43,506 nucleotides of DNA from Conidiobolus incongruus B7586 (GCA_000697335.1 JNEM01012473.1:1-43506); one strand, 5' to 3'; shown: positions 20,218 through 33,778, counted from the first letter of the stretch. The notes: generated by a model from the letters alone, not told the origin. Made by a program: numbers and translations.

Positions 20218-22860
20218 ACTGAAACTCTCTGGGAAGTCAGGTGTCTAATAAGTTTTAAGAAAATAGTCGTTTTCCTGGATGAAGCCTGTTAGGTGATATT
20301 AAAAGGTAATTTATTGTTTAACTTGGATTGTTGGGCAGTACGCTAGGAAGAGGACCGACGTGATAACTTGGTCGCAGTCGGTATATCTATAGATTTTGAC
20401 ATGTCTTCTCAACGTACGAGCGGCATGTCGAGTGGAATGATTGAATCGCAGTTCGAGTGTATTTGTTGATCATGTTGTAGGTGGATCTGTGACGGGGTTC
20501 TAGAATGATCTGAATTGTTAAAGTCGAACGGGTCTTCCGGCCCGTGACAATACTTTTAATTATAATAATTGGTACTGAATTAATTTGATCTTAAGAACTA
20601 ATAATGCCTCATAGAGGATGTAAATAAAATGAATTTTATGAGATTAACTCAACTTGAACATAACAAATTTAATTCAATTTACTTTTAAAAATGTTTGTAC
20701 ATTATATTATTCAAATAAATTTACGAATTGTTGTAATAACAATTCAAAGTATATATCGACTAGTACTATCAGTAAGTATATCATGTATAGATAGTTTGAA
20801 TTTATTTATATAAATTTAATGAATCCAAATAATATTACTATTATATTAAAATTTAAATACAAGTAATGTCATTTTCTAGGTGCAATAAACTTTGAATCAA
20901 ATCTCTTAAGGTTTTAAATTAAAAAAATAAATATAAATATTTCAACTTGATAATATATAAATTCAAATGGTTTAAAAATATTGATATATTTCTTATTCAT
21001 AGATCTCGCATCTGAGTTGATGCCCTTATTTCGATTGATTTTCTATTCAAACACTGAATCTAAATAGATTAAAATTTGAATAAAATAGTTGGGGTTTATC
21101 CATAACCATACATATTATATTTTACTGAGCAGGATATCTTTTTCTCTATTTCACTGAATTTTTGTTAAAGTTTAATATTATAAAATTATATATAGAATTT
21201 TTTTGATTGATGTAATCATTTTAAGATGACTTATCTGAATATTACAAAATACAGCGTTTTTAATATCTAGACTAGTATTATCTAGGGTGATGAAAATAAT
21301 AATAATAATATATATATTATCTTTAAAATGTTAATATAAGTAAAATTCAATGAAATAATTTATCAAAAATAATGTCTTTATGAAATAATTTAATTACTTA
21401 TATTGAATATAGTATTACTTTTGTTTGGCCATCTTTTTCATTAAAAATACATATACTTCCAATTAATAGCCTAAAAACCATAATTCAATGGAGCATAAAC
21501 TTTAATTAATGTTATCGAAAGTTGAAATATAGTAATGATGTATGATGTATAAAGCTTCAAATTATTGCTATAGATTTGAACTATACAATTTTTATTAATT
21601 ATAAATTTGATTTCAATGACTGTTAAATTTAGAAAAAGAGCGATATTAAACAAAATCTAAAAGTGTTGCAATGATATTTTTAAATATTGAATAGATTATC
21701 AACAGTCAAACATATTTAAACTTATTTATGTTATTCTGAAATTAGTTTATAATTGATATATATGATTTGCAATCATATTTTAAATATTGGATATATATAA
21801 ATTATCTTAAGTACATTATAAAATAACTATTGATTCTACTAGCGTTCAAAACTTGATAATTTTTGTATAGAATCAAAATTTGAGAACTTGATATCAACCT
21901 AAAAGAGCAAATCATTAAATTAAAAATTACTCAATTCGGAAAACGGGGAAGTAGATCAAATAGGGTATACTATTTAACTTTAATAAAGTAAGCTTAATCG
22001 ATCGTAAAAAACCATAGTAAATGTTGATGAGAAAAAATCCTTAAGTTCAATAAAAACTTTAGAACTATTAATATTATTATTCAAAACAATTAAAAAATAT
22101 CAAAGTTCAATTTAATTTTAATGATACAGTTTTTTAGTGTTGATTTAGTTTACCTTAATGTTAGATATTTTCTTTAGTGTGAATCATATATAGCTTAATT
22201 CTCTGGAGTTTTTTCCAAGTAACCAAATTTAATAATTATATGAGTATTTGAATTAATAAACAATATCAAAATAATAAAAAATATTTAACATATAGATATA
22301 TGTGGGGGAGTCATTAAACCAAATATATTTTTATTTAGAGGATATACATAATTATTTTACATAAATATTTGGAATATAGTATAAAAATATAATTTTGATT
22401 TTTATAGAAAGTTACTATATTGATAATTTCGTAATTTGATCCTGGTTCATCCATGGTGCTGACTATGCTCAATATTTTTGAGATTGCTATAATATTACAT
22501 TCAATTAATACAGTGGTTAACTTGAAACAATCAAAATAACTATTGTTTGTGTGATGATTGTCCAATCGATGCATCACCATTAGAATTTGGATCGTATCAT
22601 TAACGAGTAATCAGGGGTGAAGAAATATAGGAGTGTTGAGATGATATCAGCTCTAACTATCCAACTAATCTTTCAATGCTCCAAAGCGATTGGTGCAAAC
22701 TTATAAAGGTTAAATGAATTTACCAAGTTTGAGATGCCCCTGACTTCCAGAATTTTTCATGGCTCTCTAATTGTACCCAATAGTCTAAAGCTATAAATAA
22801 AGGTTCTAACCTCTGATTCGGATCAAGTCGATTCCAGTACTTTTAAACTCTGTCACCAAA

Positions 22861-23517
22861 ATGAGAGATTATCAAATAGTCGTATTGGGATCTGGTGGTG
22901 TTGGCAAATCAGCTTTGGTAAGTGCTTGATTATTTGTTTATTTACATGGATTGATTGACCATGTTGATAAATTAAACTGTCACAACAGCTCATGAACTTG
23001 TTTATTAACTCTGATGATTATTTAGACTGTCCAGTTCATCCAAAATGCCTTCGTAGAGCAATATGATCCAACAATTGAAGATAGCTATCGAAAGCAGTTT
23101 GAAATCGATAATCAATACTGCAACTTGGAAATCTTAGACACCGCTGGCACTGAGCAGTTCACAGCTATCAGAGACTTGTATATGAAGAATGGTGAAGGCT
23201 TCATCTTCGTCTTTTCGGTCACTAGTCAGCCGACTTTTGACGATCTCCACGATTTATACGAGCAGATTCGCAGGGTCAAGAACTCAACTAAGGTGCCTAT
23301 AGTTATTGCTGGCAATAAATGCGACCTGGGTGCTGAGAGAGTAGTGAGCCCTGTAGCATGCACAAGGCTAGCGAATGAATGGAACCTACCATTCTTTGAA
23401 ACATCGGCTAGATACAGAGTCAATGTAGATGAGTTATTCTTTGGACTAGTTAAGCAAATCAACTTAATTAGGCCGAAACCCAACAGGACGAGAAAACAAA
23501 AATGTTCGATCCTTTGA
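22861..23517 (+). CDS. RSR1: Ras-family small GTPase, Rap1/Rsr1(Bud1) type; exons 22861..22917 and 23026..23517 (182 aa)
   Basis: [43 protein letters not shown] (Thr at position 61 is diagnostic of Rap), NKCD, ETSA, CAAX CSIL. GTAAGT...TTTAG intron. Confidence 0.92.
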
Positions 23518-24436
23518 GCATACCTTGTAAGCATATAGCCAGCATATCCAATTTTGAACCAGTGTAATATTTTCGTCACTAAATTCCTTTCCTCTCTTTC
23601 ATTCCACACACGCGAAAATTCACCAATTCAGGGTGTGGGGTAATATCACTAATTTAACAAAATCCAATATATGGAACCAATTAAATTAATTAACGAATCA
23701 TCAATCCATCAATTATATTTTATGTTATTAATTGTCTATATCCAATCCTCGAATTATTTAGCATAACTTAAACGTACCACCAATACATATAAATATTTAT
23801 TCCAATTCAATCCTATCCTAAATATTTTATAATATAATTCTTGATTTTACTATATTAATATTTTTGCATAGAATAAATACTAAATTAATTATATCTAATG
23901 ATTAAAAAATTTTATTTAAAATTATATTAATTAATGTATGAGTCAATTGTTTTATAATATAATCAATTGATTAATCATATGTTCTATTTATTCTCCAAAT
24001 ATGTACAATTTACTATAAGTATATAGTTGAAATTGATGCTATATAGATTGAAACTTGATTAAGAGATTATGACATTTTATAAAATGCTCAACAGATATAA
24101 AATATATTATTAATATAATACCTTGGTATATTAATTTTGAAAAAGGAGTAAGCAATTCCTTTTATCTTGTATACGTTTTTATAATTGGCTAAAATTGATA
24201 TATCCATCACAATTAGAATAAGAACTCATTATCCAATAGTTAAAATTACCATATAAGATCATATAATCGTTGAAAATAATATTAGGGTTATCCCTAATTC
24301 GTCCGTTAGGAAAAAAAATTATATGTATGTAAATTTTTTAGAATGAAGATCTTTTCAAATTTAATGGTTGTTAACCAATATTTAAATAGATGGCATTGTC
24401 ATAATTATCGTACATAGTTTAGATTTATTAAAATTC

Positions 24437-24784
24437 ATGATGATGATTAAAACTTGGTTACTGGTCATTAGCATTTGTGTTGCTTTACCCCGTGAAAAAG
24501 ATGTTGGTTCAATCATCCATCAAGAGGGAGAGACTAACACTGTGAAATTCGATGATGAGCAAGTGCAAGTGAGAAATCGAATCAATGACGAAGGAAAGAT
24601 TGTGTCAGACTGGATTATCAAGAAGGGTAAACAACATATTCCCAATGGAATATTTATTGATGATGACCGTGTGGCTATAATTGATGATGAAGAACCACCT
24701 CAAGTACAAGTGATTAACGACAATGATGATGACATCTTGGATATACTAGATATTGGCTTAATTGACTTGAATGGTTTATTATAA
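24437..24784 (+). CDS. Small secreted acidic protein F (115 aa)
   Basis: Signal peptide MMMIKTWLLVISICVA|LP. Motif IIHQEGETNTVKF, Asp/Ile-rich tail ending LIDLNGLL. Confidence 0.8.
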   Translation: MMMIKTWLLVISICVALPREKDVGSIIHQEGETNTVKFDDEQVQVRNRINDEGKIVSDWIIKKGKQHIPNGIFIDDDRVAIIDDEEPPQVQVINDNDDDILDILDIGLIDLNGLL

Positions 24785-25906
24785 TTCATTGAAATCAATA
24801 TCATTGACATCTATCACAATTGGCTTACTAGATATATATTCTTTCATTATCTTTAATAAACTACTTATTCATTTAATATTTAATGTAATTACTATATAAT
24901 CTCATATCCATCATAATATTAATAGAAATCCAAGTTAAATAATATTATATTTCAAAAACTTATTGTGAATATACTTTTAAATATTTGTATTTTCATTTCC
25001 AAAATACCAGCAAAAATTTAACAAATCAAAAATATTAAACATAATTAACTTATTAATTATGATTATAAATTGAATATTACATAACAATTTTTATCGCTTT
25101 ATTTGTAAATATCATTGGATTAAAATTACAAATTTTATTAAAATAGAGAAAAAGTATATTGTTGATTATATATTGATAAAATTGATGTATATTAAAGGCA
25201 TTGATATAACACAATTTTGTATATTATTAATAACCTTTAAAATTATAAAATATACATTGTCAATATAATTATTAATAATTTTCAACTTAATAAATTTAAT
25301 TGTAACAAAATACATTGCATATATTGAAAATGAATTTTTTGAAAAATATTATTCAATTAAATATTCTATTAATTCATTATAATATAATATACAAAAATTT
25401 ATTTGAGTTGTCTCCATACAATCAATCATTAAAATTTAATACTAATTTTTACTATGTTAATAATAAAAAAATACTATAGATATAGTATAGAAAATGGGAA
25501 TTTATTAATATTTCGAATTGATTATTATGGACACGTAAGAGATAATACCAATAAGACTTAAAGTTATCAATATAAGCATGAAAAACAAAAATATAACACC
25601 TTTTATTCATTATTCAACCACTAACCTCGTAGAATTTCAAAATTAAAAAAATCAATATAATAACTAATATAATCATTTGTAACATATTATAAATTGAATT
25701 ATTAATAGGAATTTAAGATTGATTATCAATAATAAAAAATTTGAAATAAGATGAATTTGTTCGATCATCTTGGGAAATTACAACGATTTTTAACTTGAAA
25801 ATTTTCCTTAAGAAAATCTAAGAATTGCAAAAACTATAAAAATTGAGATTATTATGGAGTATTCAGTATCTATTTATCTATTCTCAACATAATCAAGTGT
25901 ATTAAA

Positions 25907-26317
25907 ATGGTAGCTATTAATGTTTGTTTAACTTTAGCCATTGTCTCTTTCATTGGTGCCACTCCCGTCGATATTAAAGCTGAGGAAGTGGTCAATCAAA
26001 AGGGTCGGGACAACAATGTAGTAGTAACTACTAAATCAATGAAGGTAGATATGAGTGAAAATACTACCATTGATGATGAAGATCCTTTATTCCACCATCA
26101 TATTGACCATGATGATATCACATCTGAAACCTTGATCGATGAATTGGAAGATGCTATCAAGGAGCGGAATGATGATGATGATACAATCGTTATCAAGAAT
26201 ATTGAAGATGATGATGACAAAAGAACAGAGCAGCGAGAAGAAGAAATCGTCATTGAAAAGGATGGTGATCAAGATCTTATCGAACTTGGCGGAAATCATT
26301 TATTAGAACTGCTTTAA
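25907..26317 (+). CDS. Small secreted Asp/His-rich protein G (136 aa)
   Basis: Signal peptide MVAINVCLTLAIVSFIGA|TPV. IKAEEVVNQKGRDNNVVV aligns with protein E. TATAAAAA at ~25835. Confidence 0.85.
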   Translation: MVAINVCLTLAIVSFIGATPVDIKAEEVVNQKGRDNNVVVTTKSMKVDMSENTTIDDEDPLFHHHIDHDDITSETLIDELEDAIKERNDDDDTIVIKNIEDDDDKRTEQREEEIVIEKDGDQDLIELGGNHLLELL

Positions 26318-28103
26318 CATGACAGACCGCAAAATGGTTTCCGACTTCCCCCTCAGTAATGGATTAATTACAATTTAATTTTTAGAGTGACATAAATTAA
26401 TTAATTCATCTTAAATTAATAACCTCTATTTATACGATCTATTATAACTAAATTTTAATTGAATTATATAATAAGAATATTATTAGTATATGAATTAAAT
26501 ATATCAATGTATTGTAATTATATAATAACTGAAAGGATTAATAAGTATTCCATATTTAATTTTCTATGTAAATAATAATTCCTCAAATATATAAGTTTTA
26601 TGTATCAAAGATAATTAGTCATAGAAATACTGTTAAATTTTCAATAACAAGTAAGAATCAATATTACTAATGGATCAAATATTTCAATTATTTGTTAAAA
26701 ACATGAGTGAATTTAAAAAAATATAGAATAAAAAATTATTAAGGCAAAGTTAAAAATAATTCAGCTATGAAATTTGTTAAGTTTCATTTATATACTAATA
26801 CAGATGTACAACTTTGATTAAATATATCGATATTAGACAAATTCGAAGATATTTTGTATTAAGTAATCGATTCAATAATTTCGGTAAAAATAGTATTATT
26901 AATGGTAATATTCTGAATACAGTATTAATTATCCAATTAAAATTTGCTACAATATTATCACTCAGTTTTAATCATTTTAATTGAAAATATTAATGTATCA
27001 AAAATAGAATTTATATATTTATTATAGTGGAAAAATTTATAAATTAATGAAAAATAAAAATCCAATATGTTTGCCAAAATATAATTATTATTTTTAATTT
27101 CATGCTTTGATAAAAAGATGCTATATTACCTAAATATATATAATTTAAATATAAATTAATGGCAGCTAGTTGAATAAACTATTTGTATATATAATCAACT
27201 CAAAAGCCAAAATAACAAACATTATTGAAAATAAATCATGAATTTGTTAAAATTATTATTTAATGATTTTAAATTACTACATAATCATTTAATATTAAAT
27301 TTAAATAGCATCATTATATATTATTCATTCTTTTAATACTGATCCTTGAATGAAAATTCACTGTGTTTACAATGGAATAAACGTATTAATGAAATATTTG
27401 TAAATATATTTTAATTAATATTTTTAAATAATATATCAAAATATATTATTTATTTTTTTAAATGTACTCACTATATATATATATATATATATTTTCAAAA
27501 GTATTTAATATGTTACAATACATATGAAATATGTATAATTTGATCAAGTACATTTTATTGGATAACTGTAAATATCTTTTGCCAAAATTTTTGCCAACGA
27601 TTACAAATTTAAAATTAAAATAATGTGAAAATAGGTAGTGTTGATTTGTGAATTAGTATGATTTAAATTCATTTAGATTTGAAATTAGTCCACTGTTTCA
27701 TCATGTTTAAATTTAATATTATCTTAGATGGTTAAATATAAGAACGACAAGAGTTGGTATAAATAGTAGTTATTTATGGATTGAATTATCAAATATATTT
27801 TATAATATTTATTTCTATTATGATGGATACTTATTATATTCTAGAGTGATATATTTTGTTATTTATAAAAATTAAAATTTATTGAATTTTTGTATTGGAT
27901 GAATTTGATTGGATAATTCATAAAAATAATCGTCATTAATTGTCTAAAAAAATGATTTTTCAAAAGTGTGAATTTGAGATAGAATGAGGAATATTGAAAA
28001 TGAGATAATTGAAAATATTGTAGAAAACAAAGTTGAACTCTGTTTAAATTATTACTCTTTTTTAATTAAATAACACATTAAAAATTAATTAAATTCTTTT
28101 TAA

Positions 28104-29731
28104 ATGGGTCAAACACTTTCAGCTCCCATTACCGATAAGACCACTACAGAAGATTCTAATACCAGATTTGCTTATGGTGCTAGCTGTATGCAAGGATGGA
28201 GAGTGTGTATCCTTTTTCATATATAATTTTCATTTTATTACTTTTCGTTTAGAATATGTCATTATTCCTTAATTTTATTTTTTTTATAGCTATGGAAGAT
28301 GCTCATAGTACCTTGCTTGAATTAAGCTCTGAGGATTCCTCTGGTTTCTTTGCTGTTTTTGACGGTCATGGTGGTATGTCAACATGTCAATATGGCGCCA
28401 CTTTCACATAATTGAACTTTATCTTAGGTCAAAATGCTGCTAAATACGCTGCTGCTCACCTCCACCAAAGAATCAGAAAAGATCCTACTTATGGAAGAGG
28501 CGAATACAAAGAAGCTATTAAGGCTGGTTTCTTGGGCGTTGATTATGATCTTAAAACAGGTTATTATCAATTTTATATATCTATATGCAATTAATGCTAT
28601 AATAATTACGCTTAGATTCTGAATTTCCTGACGAAGTTTCTGGATGTACCGCTGTGGCCGCTCTTGTTACCCCAGATAATCGCATCTTTGTGGTACATCA
28701 ATAACTTATCAAATCATTTTTCGTGTAAATTGACAATTTTAATAGGGAAATGCTGGAGATTCTAGATCTGTTTTAAGTCAAAAGGGCATTGTTAAAGAAC
28801 TTTCTGTCGACCATAAGCCTTCCAACCCTTGTAAGAATATAGCTAACATAGTGACCATATTGTATTTTAACACCTGTTGATATTAGCTGAGTCTGAGCGT
28901 ATTTCTAAAGCTGGTGGCTTTATTGAGTACGGAAGAGTTAATGGTACTAAATATATACATTTTTCCTTTTCGTAGGGTTATTAATATCATCTTAGGTAAT
29001 TTGGCTTTGTCTAGAGCCATTGGTGATTTTGAATTTAAGCAAAACCACCGTCTTCCTGCTGAAGAACAAATTGTTACTGGTAATTTCTTTATATTTTTTT
29101 TTAGCTTTTCTTCAATTTATCTAAATCATCTTATTAGCTGACCCTGATATTACTGAACACACTATGGAAGATGGCGATGAATTCTTGATTGTTGCTTGCG
29201 ATGGTATTTTGTATTGATTTTGAGTTTAATTACATGATAACCAATGCGACTATAGGTATCTGGGACTGTCTCTCATCTCAAGAAGCTGTTACTGAGGTTT
29301 CTAAATTGATCGCTGAAGGAAGATCTCTTGGAGAAGTGTGTGAAATTATCATGGAGCAATGCTTGGCTAGAGACTCTGATTCCACTGGTGTTGGTTGCGA
29401 TAATATGACCATCATCATCGTTGCATTATTAAACGGAAAGACTTATGAAGAATGGCAATCTAGCATAGCCGCTCGCTGCGCAGTTGAATCTAATGTTGAA
29501 ACAGAAGATGAGACCACTAATGACTCTACACTCATTGTTCCTAATGTCATTTCAAATTCCCAATTAGAAACTGCTTCAGACAATCTCTCCTCTGAAGGAT
29601 CGAATCATGATGAAAGTGCTGAACAAGAAATTGCCAAAGAATCTGAAGCTGAGGCTGAAGCCGAAACTCCAACTGAAGTTGAAGCTAAAATCCCCACCAC
29701 GCTGGAAGATTCGCAAACCCCTTCCAACTAA
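28104..29731 (+). CDS. PTC2: Protein phosphatase 2C, Ptc2/Ptc3 type; 9 exons (28104-28206, 28290-28373, 28428-28559, 28616-28692, 28746-28830, 28887-28943, 28996-29079, 29138-29203, 29256-29731)
   Basis: MGQTLSAP, MQGWRVSMEDAH, VFDGHGG, SGCTAV, GNAGDSR, DHKP, RVNGNLALSRAIGDFEFK, ACDGIWDC and GCDNMT are rebuilt across eight GT-AG introns. PTC2 and PTC3 cannot be distinguished. Confidence 0.93.
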
Positions 29732-32700
29732 AGGATAACCAAATACAGATTTTTTCTCAACAGAATTGTAATTTATCATTCCGAGAAGAATTTTTATCTC
29801 AAAGCCTAGTTTTCCTCGAAGGATACGTTATCCTATTTCTCGCTAGATATACATTGTTCATCCAGTTTTTATTTGTCTAAATTTAATACCTTGAGACCTC
29901 CATTTCATTGTACCTAAATACAATAATTGTTAATTGTTAATTTTAAAAATTGAAATGAGTTAATGTATAATTAAGCTTATTCATACTATTAATTTTATTG
30001 GTTTGTTTTATTTGTATGTGTATTATTCTTATCTCTTCAATGAAAATAACACAATTGTAATGTTCAGATTTTTCAATTATGGATTTAGATTATTAGATAT
30101 TTCATCTTATATTTTTGATATTTAAATATATATATATTCATATACATATTACTAAAATTACTACATTCATGATATTATTTAGTTGCATGGATAATTAACT
30201 ATTATCAGATTTAAAATTTTATTTTTTTATTACTAATTATAAATATAAAACTCAATCATGTCTTTTCTCAAAATTGATATTTTAATATTTAATTTTATCT
30301 ACTTTTGCAAATATTGATTAAAATGCTGCATTTCCATTATTCTATAGATGAAGATCCAATAAATCTAATTTTAATTATGAAATACTTTATGATAGGTTAC
30401 AACTTCTTTTCTAATCCAGAGTTAATAAATTATTATCAATAAGATATTTGATTATGAATATACCATCTTAATAAACCCGGTGCCATACATTATATACAAT
30501 ATTCAAACCATATTATCTTTAAATAAGTTCAAATAATTAAATATAAATTATAATTTTATATTTGTATTATTGTATAATTGACATTTATTTATCGATTAAG
30601 TAGTTATAATTTATTTCCAATCTTTTCCAATTATTAATCTTATTTGTTATTATTCAGATGTGTAAAAATCTTATTATTTATATAACAATATTTGATTATT
30701 CTAATTGAGTGTTTATTCTTGAAAGATAATTTATTAAAATATCAATACTATATTCATATCATTAAAAATAATAATCGTTTAATTGAAAACATGAAATAGT
30801 AATAATGATAATCTTTCAACTATACTATAAATATTTAAACATTAGATAATTGAATATATATTCTATATTATTAGTATTATTGACTTAATAATACAGAAAT
30901 ATTAAACTAAAATTCAATTTTATTCTACAGTTTATGAAGTTTAAATAATTTTAATCTATTGTAAAATAAAAATCGGATTAAACTGACTAAAGTTTTGAAT
31001 ATCTTCAATACCTTTTTTTTATTTAATTCTAATAATTTATAATTTTATAAAATTATTTTTGAAATTATTAATACAATTATTTAATATCAATAATATCATT
31101 TCAACTCAAATATTGAATATTTCATTCAACTTAATCAACAGACTATAAATCCGAATATCAAATACGAATACTATAGCTACAATATGTATGTTTTATTAAT
31201 CACGTGCATCCAAATATCATAACCATTTCAAAATTTTCTAATTGAGGTAGTTTATTTATTTTGTTTTATGAGAAAATATACTACATTTTGAATATTAATG
31301 TAGATGTTTTTGTGATAAATGAATAATTTGTGAGTTTGATCAGATGCTTTTTGACCTTATGATCATGCCTTTGAATATATTTTGATATTTCTTTGCAAAA
31401 ATTACATTCGTTGAGTGATTAAATATTTTATATAAATTTATTAATGTAATGAAGGTAGAGTGTCTAAAAATTTAGCGCATCTAATTATTTGAAATTAATT
31501 ATTAATAGTTGTTTGAAAAATAAGGATTATCTGTGATACTTTATGGATGAAAATATCATTATTATATCAAAATAAATTATTCAAATATCTATACCATTAT
31601 TTAATTTTATTCATAAATATAAATTTCATATTCATCTGAAAAAGTATAATCATTTCAATAGTAAATAATATTTTTGTGGGATTTGAAGGTTTAAAATTTT
31701 AATCATTAATGAAATAATAAAATATTAAATATTCTATTCTTATTATATTATATATGGAAATTGGATATTTAATGAGTAGTTCTAATGTTAATTATATTAA
31801 CTTGAATAGGTTTTTGAAGCATAGCATGGAATTAAAATTATATACCAAAGTTATAAATTAGTATTTTCAATATTCAATGGCCATTTTGGATAATTGCCAA
31901 ATATAAATGATAGATATGTGTATCGTTTTAATAACTTTGAGTAACATATTATAATCTTGTATGCTGAGTTATTATTTTGAATTATTTAATTGAGTAAATA
32001 TTTCTGACATAGTATTTTTAGTAGGTATTAAAATAATATTATTGAATATATATTAACCATTATGAAAATTTGAAATGAATTTTCAATTTACACCAATTAA
32101 ATAAATTTTAAAATTAGTGGGTTCAAATTTTGGATTTTTTAAAATGTAATGATAAATATTTTAATATATTCCGAATAAACTATATATAGTAATTCACTAT
32201 AAATATTATATCATAATAGTAATTCCGAATTTATTATAATATTTTTATTTCCATTGATAAACTAAATAATTCGCTTTGATTATTTAAGACATATATATTG
32301 AATTTTAATTTTGATAATATGGTAAGGATATATACTGAAGATAATTTATCTTGTTAAAATTAAGTATTAATACCTAATTTGTAATTCGATTATAAAAAAT
32401 TAAAATATCAAAAAATTATTATTTAATATTGCAGAATATTGGATTCAAAAAGGGATATTTTTTGAGAGAAGAGTATAATGACTAATTCATTGATATTGAT
32501 TCTTGTATATGATGATTAAATATGTATATTATTTTTGATAGCTACTCTTAAATTTCATTTTTTGATAAATTTTAGATTAACAAATTATCATCATTAAAGA
32601 TAGAGATGAATCTCTTCAAAGTAGATATAAAATATTATAAGTGTTGATTTAAAATAATACAATTACTATTATTGAGTTTTAAAATGTTTATATTTACCGA

Positions 32701-33778
32701 ATGATAATATACATTCATCAAAGTATTAATATAATCAAATGAATAATACTGAGAATTAGGTTTAAAATTAATATTGCTAATTCTGATTATATTACAATTA
32801 CAATATTATAGATATCGATAATATATAGTATTGTATATTTTATTATAATTTTATTTTGCAATCTATTTTATAATTTTACATTATTGAATTGTTTTATAAG
32901 GATTGGTACAAAATTTCAATATTTTAACGACAAATTTCTATAACTTAATGAATCAAATCTCAAACACATATTATTAAATTTAATGATTCCAATTGGTGCA
33001 AAATTAATGTTTAATTAATATTTCCCACGTTAATTTAAATTATTGAATAAGATAAATTTGGAGTTATTATTTGGTAAATATTGCTAATAAATTTTCGGGA
33101 TTATTTAACTTGATAACAAAATTTATCATATCCTGCACTATTTGTAATAATGTATATAACCATATGATGCTAACATTGATCTTAAACTAAATATTACACT
33201 ACTGCTGTACTGTAAAACGATAACTATTGTAGTTTGTTTAAGATATTGAAAAGTTTTTTGAATCCGGAAAATTGAGCCAAAGTTATAGACTAGGTTGCTA
33301 AAATCTTGAAAATAAATATTATCCGGGTATAAAAATCGATTTTTAAATGAATAACCAGTTATTTTGGGCCGTAGGTAACTTGTGGTACGAATAGAATTGC
33401 ATTATTTGCTCATGTAGTTTCATAAAACCACACAAAATATAGAAAAAAAATTAATATTCGATAATTCAAGTGTTAAACAAACTTGAACATGATTTATATC
33501 ATAAACAGATTGGGAAGATTGACTATTCGGATGGATGTAATTCGCCAAGTGGGAGAATGGACCAATAGGGATTTAGAGCTGGGTCAAGTTACTTAGAGGA
33601 TTTTCAAAAGATATTGAACAATTGGAGAGTGATATAAATACTAAGATCACATTCACTCTAAACATAATTTATTCATTTCACTAAATATTACCAAGTAACT
33701 ATCCTTTCTAAAATAATATTATACATTTATTAAATGCATTCAATTAATGTTTAGCTCATTTAGAATTCATTGAGAGAG

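Noticed and set aside
20218..20550. RNase P/MRP RNA gene next to the Rpr2-like pseudogene
   Set aside because: I could not find the paired P4 consensus segments by eye; a covariance-model search is needed.
7721..20612. Alternative genetic code (TAA/TAG = Gln) or RNA editing to explain frames with many in-frame stops
   Set aside because: Most intact genes here terminate at TAA and none has internal TAA/TAG. The broken frames also contain TGA and frameshifts, so pseudogenisation is simpler.
24281..24298. Telomere-like TTAGGG or homing-endonuclease-like site
   Set aside because: A single unit inside a short palindrome; better treated as a candidate promoter element.
13150..26317. RiPP/KEP precursor cluster interpretation of the secreted proteins
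   Set aside because: No repeated cores flanked by KR/RR Kex2 sites, and no DUF3328 or tailoring enzymes in the window.
29950..33500. Long AT-rich intergenic region searched for RNA genes or repeats
   Set aside because: No tRNA-like arms, tandem arrays or credible ORFs seen by eye.
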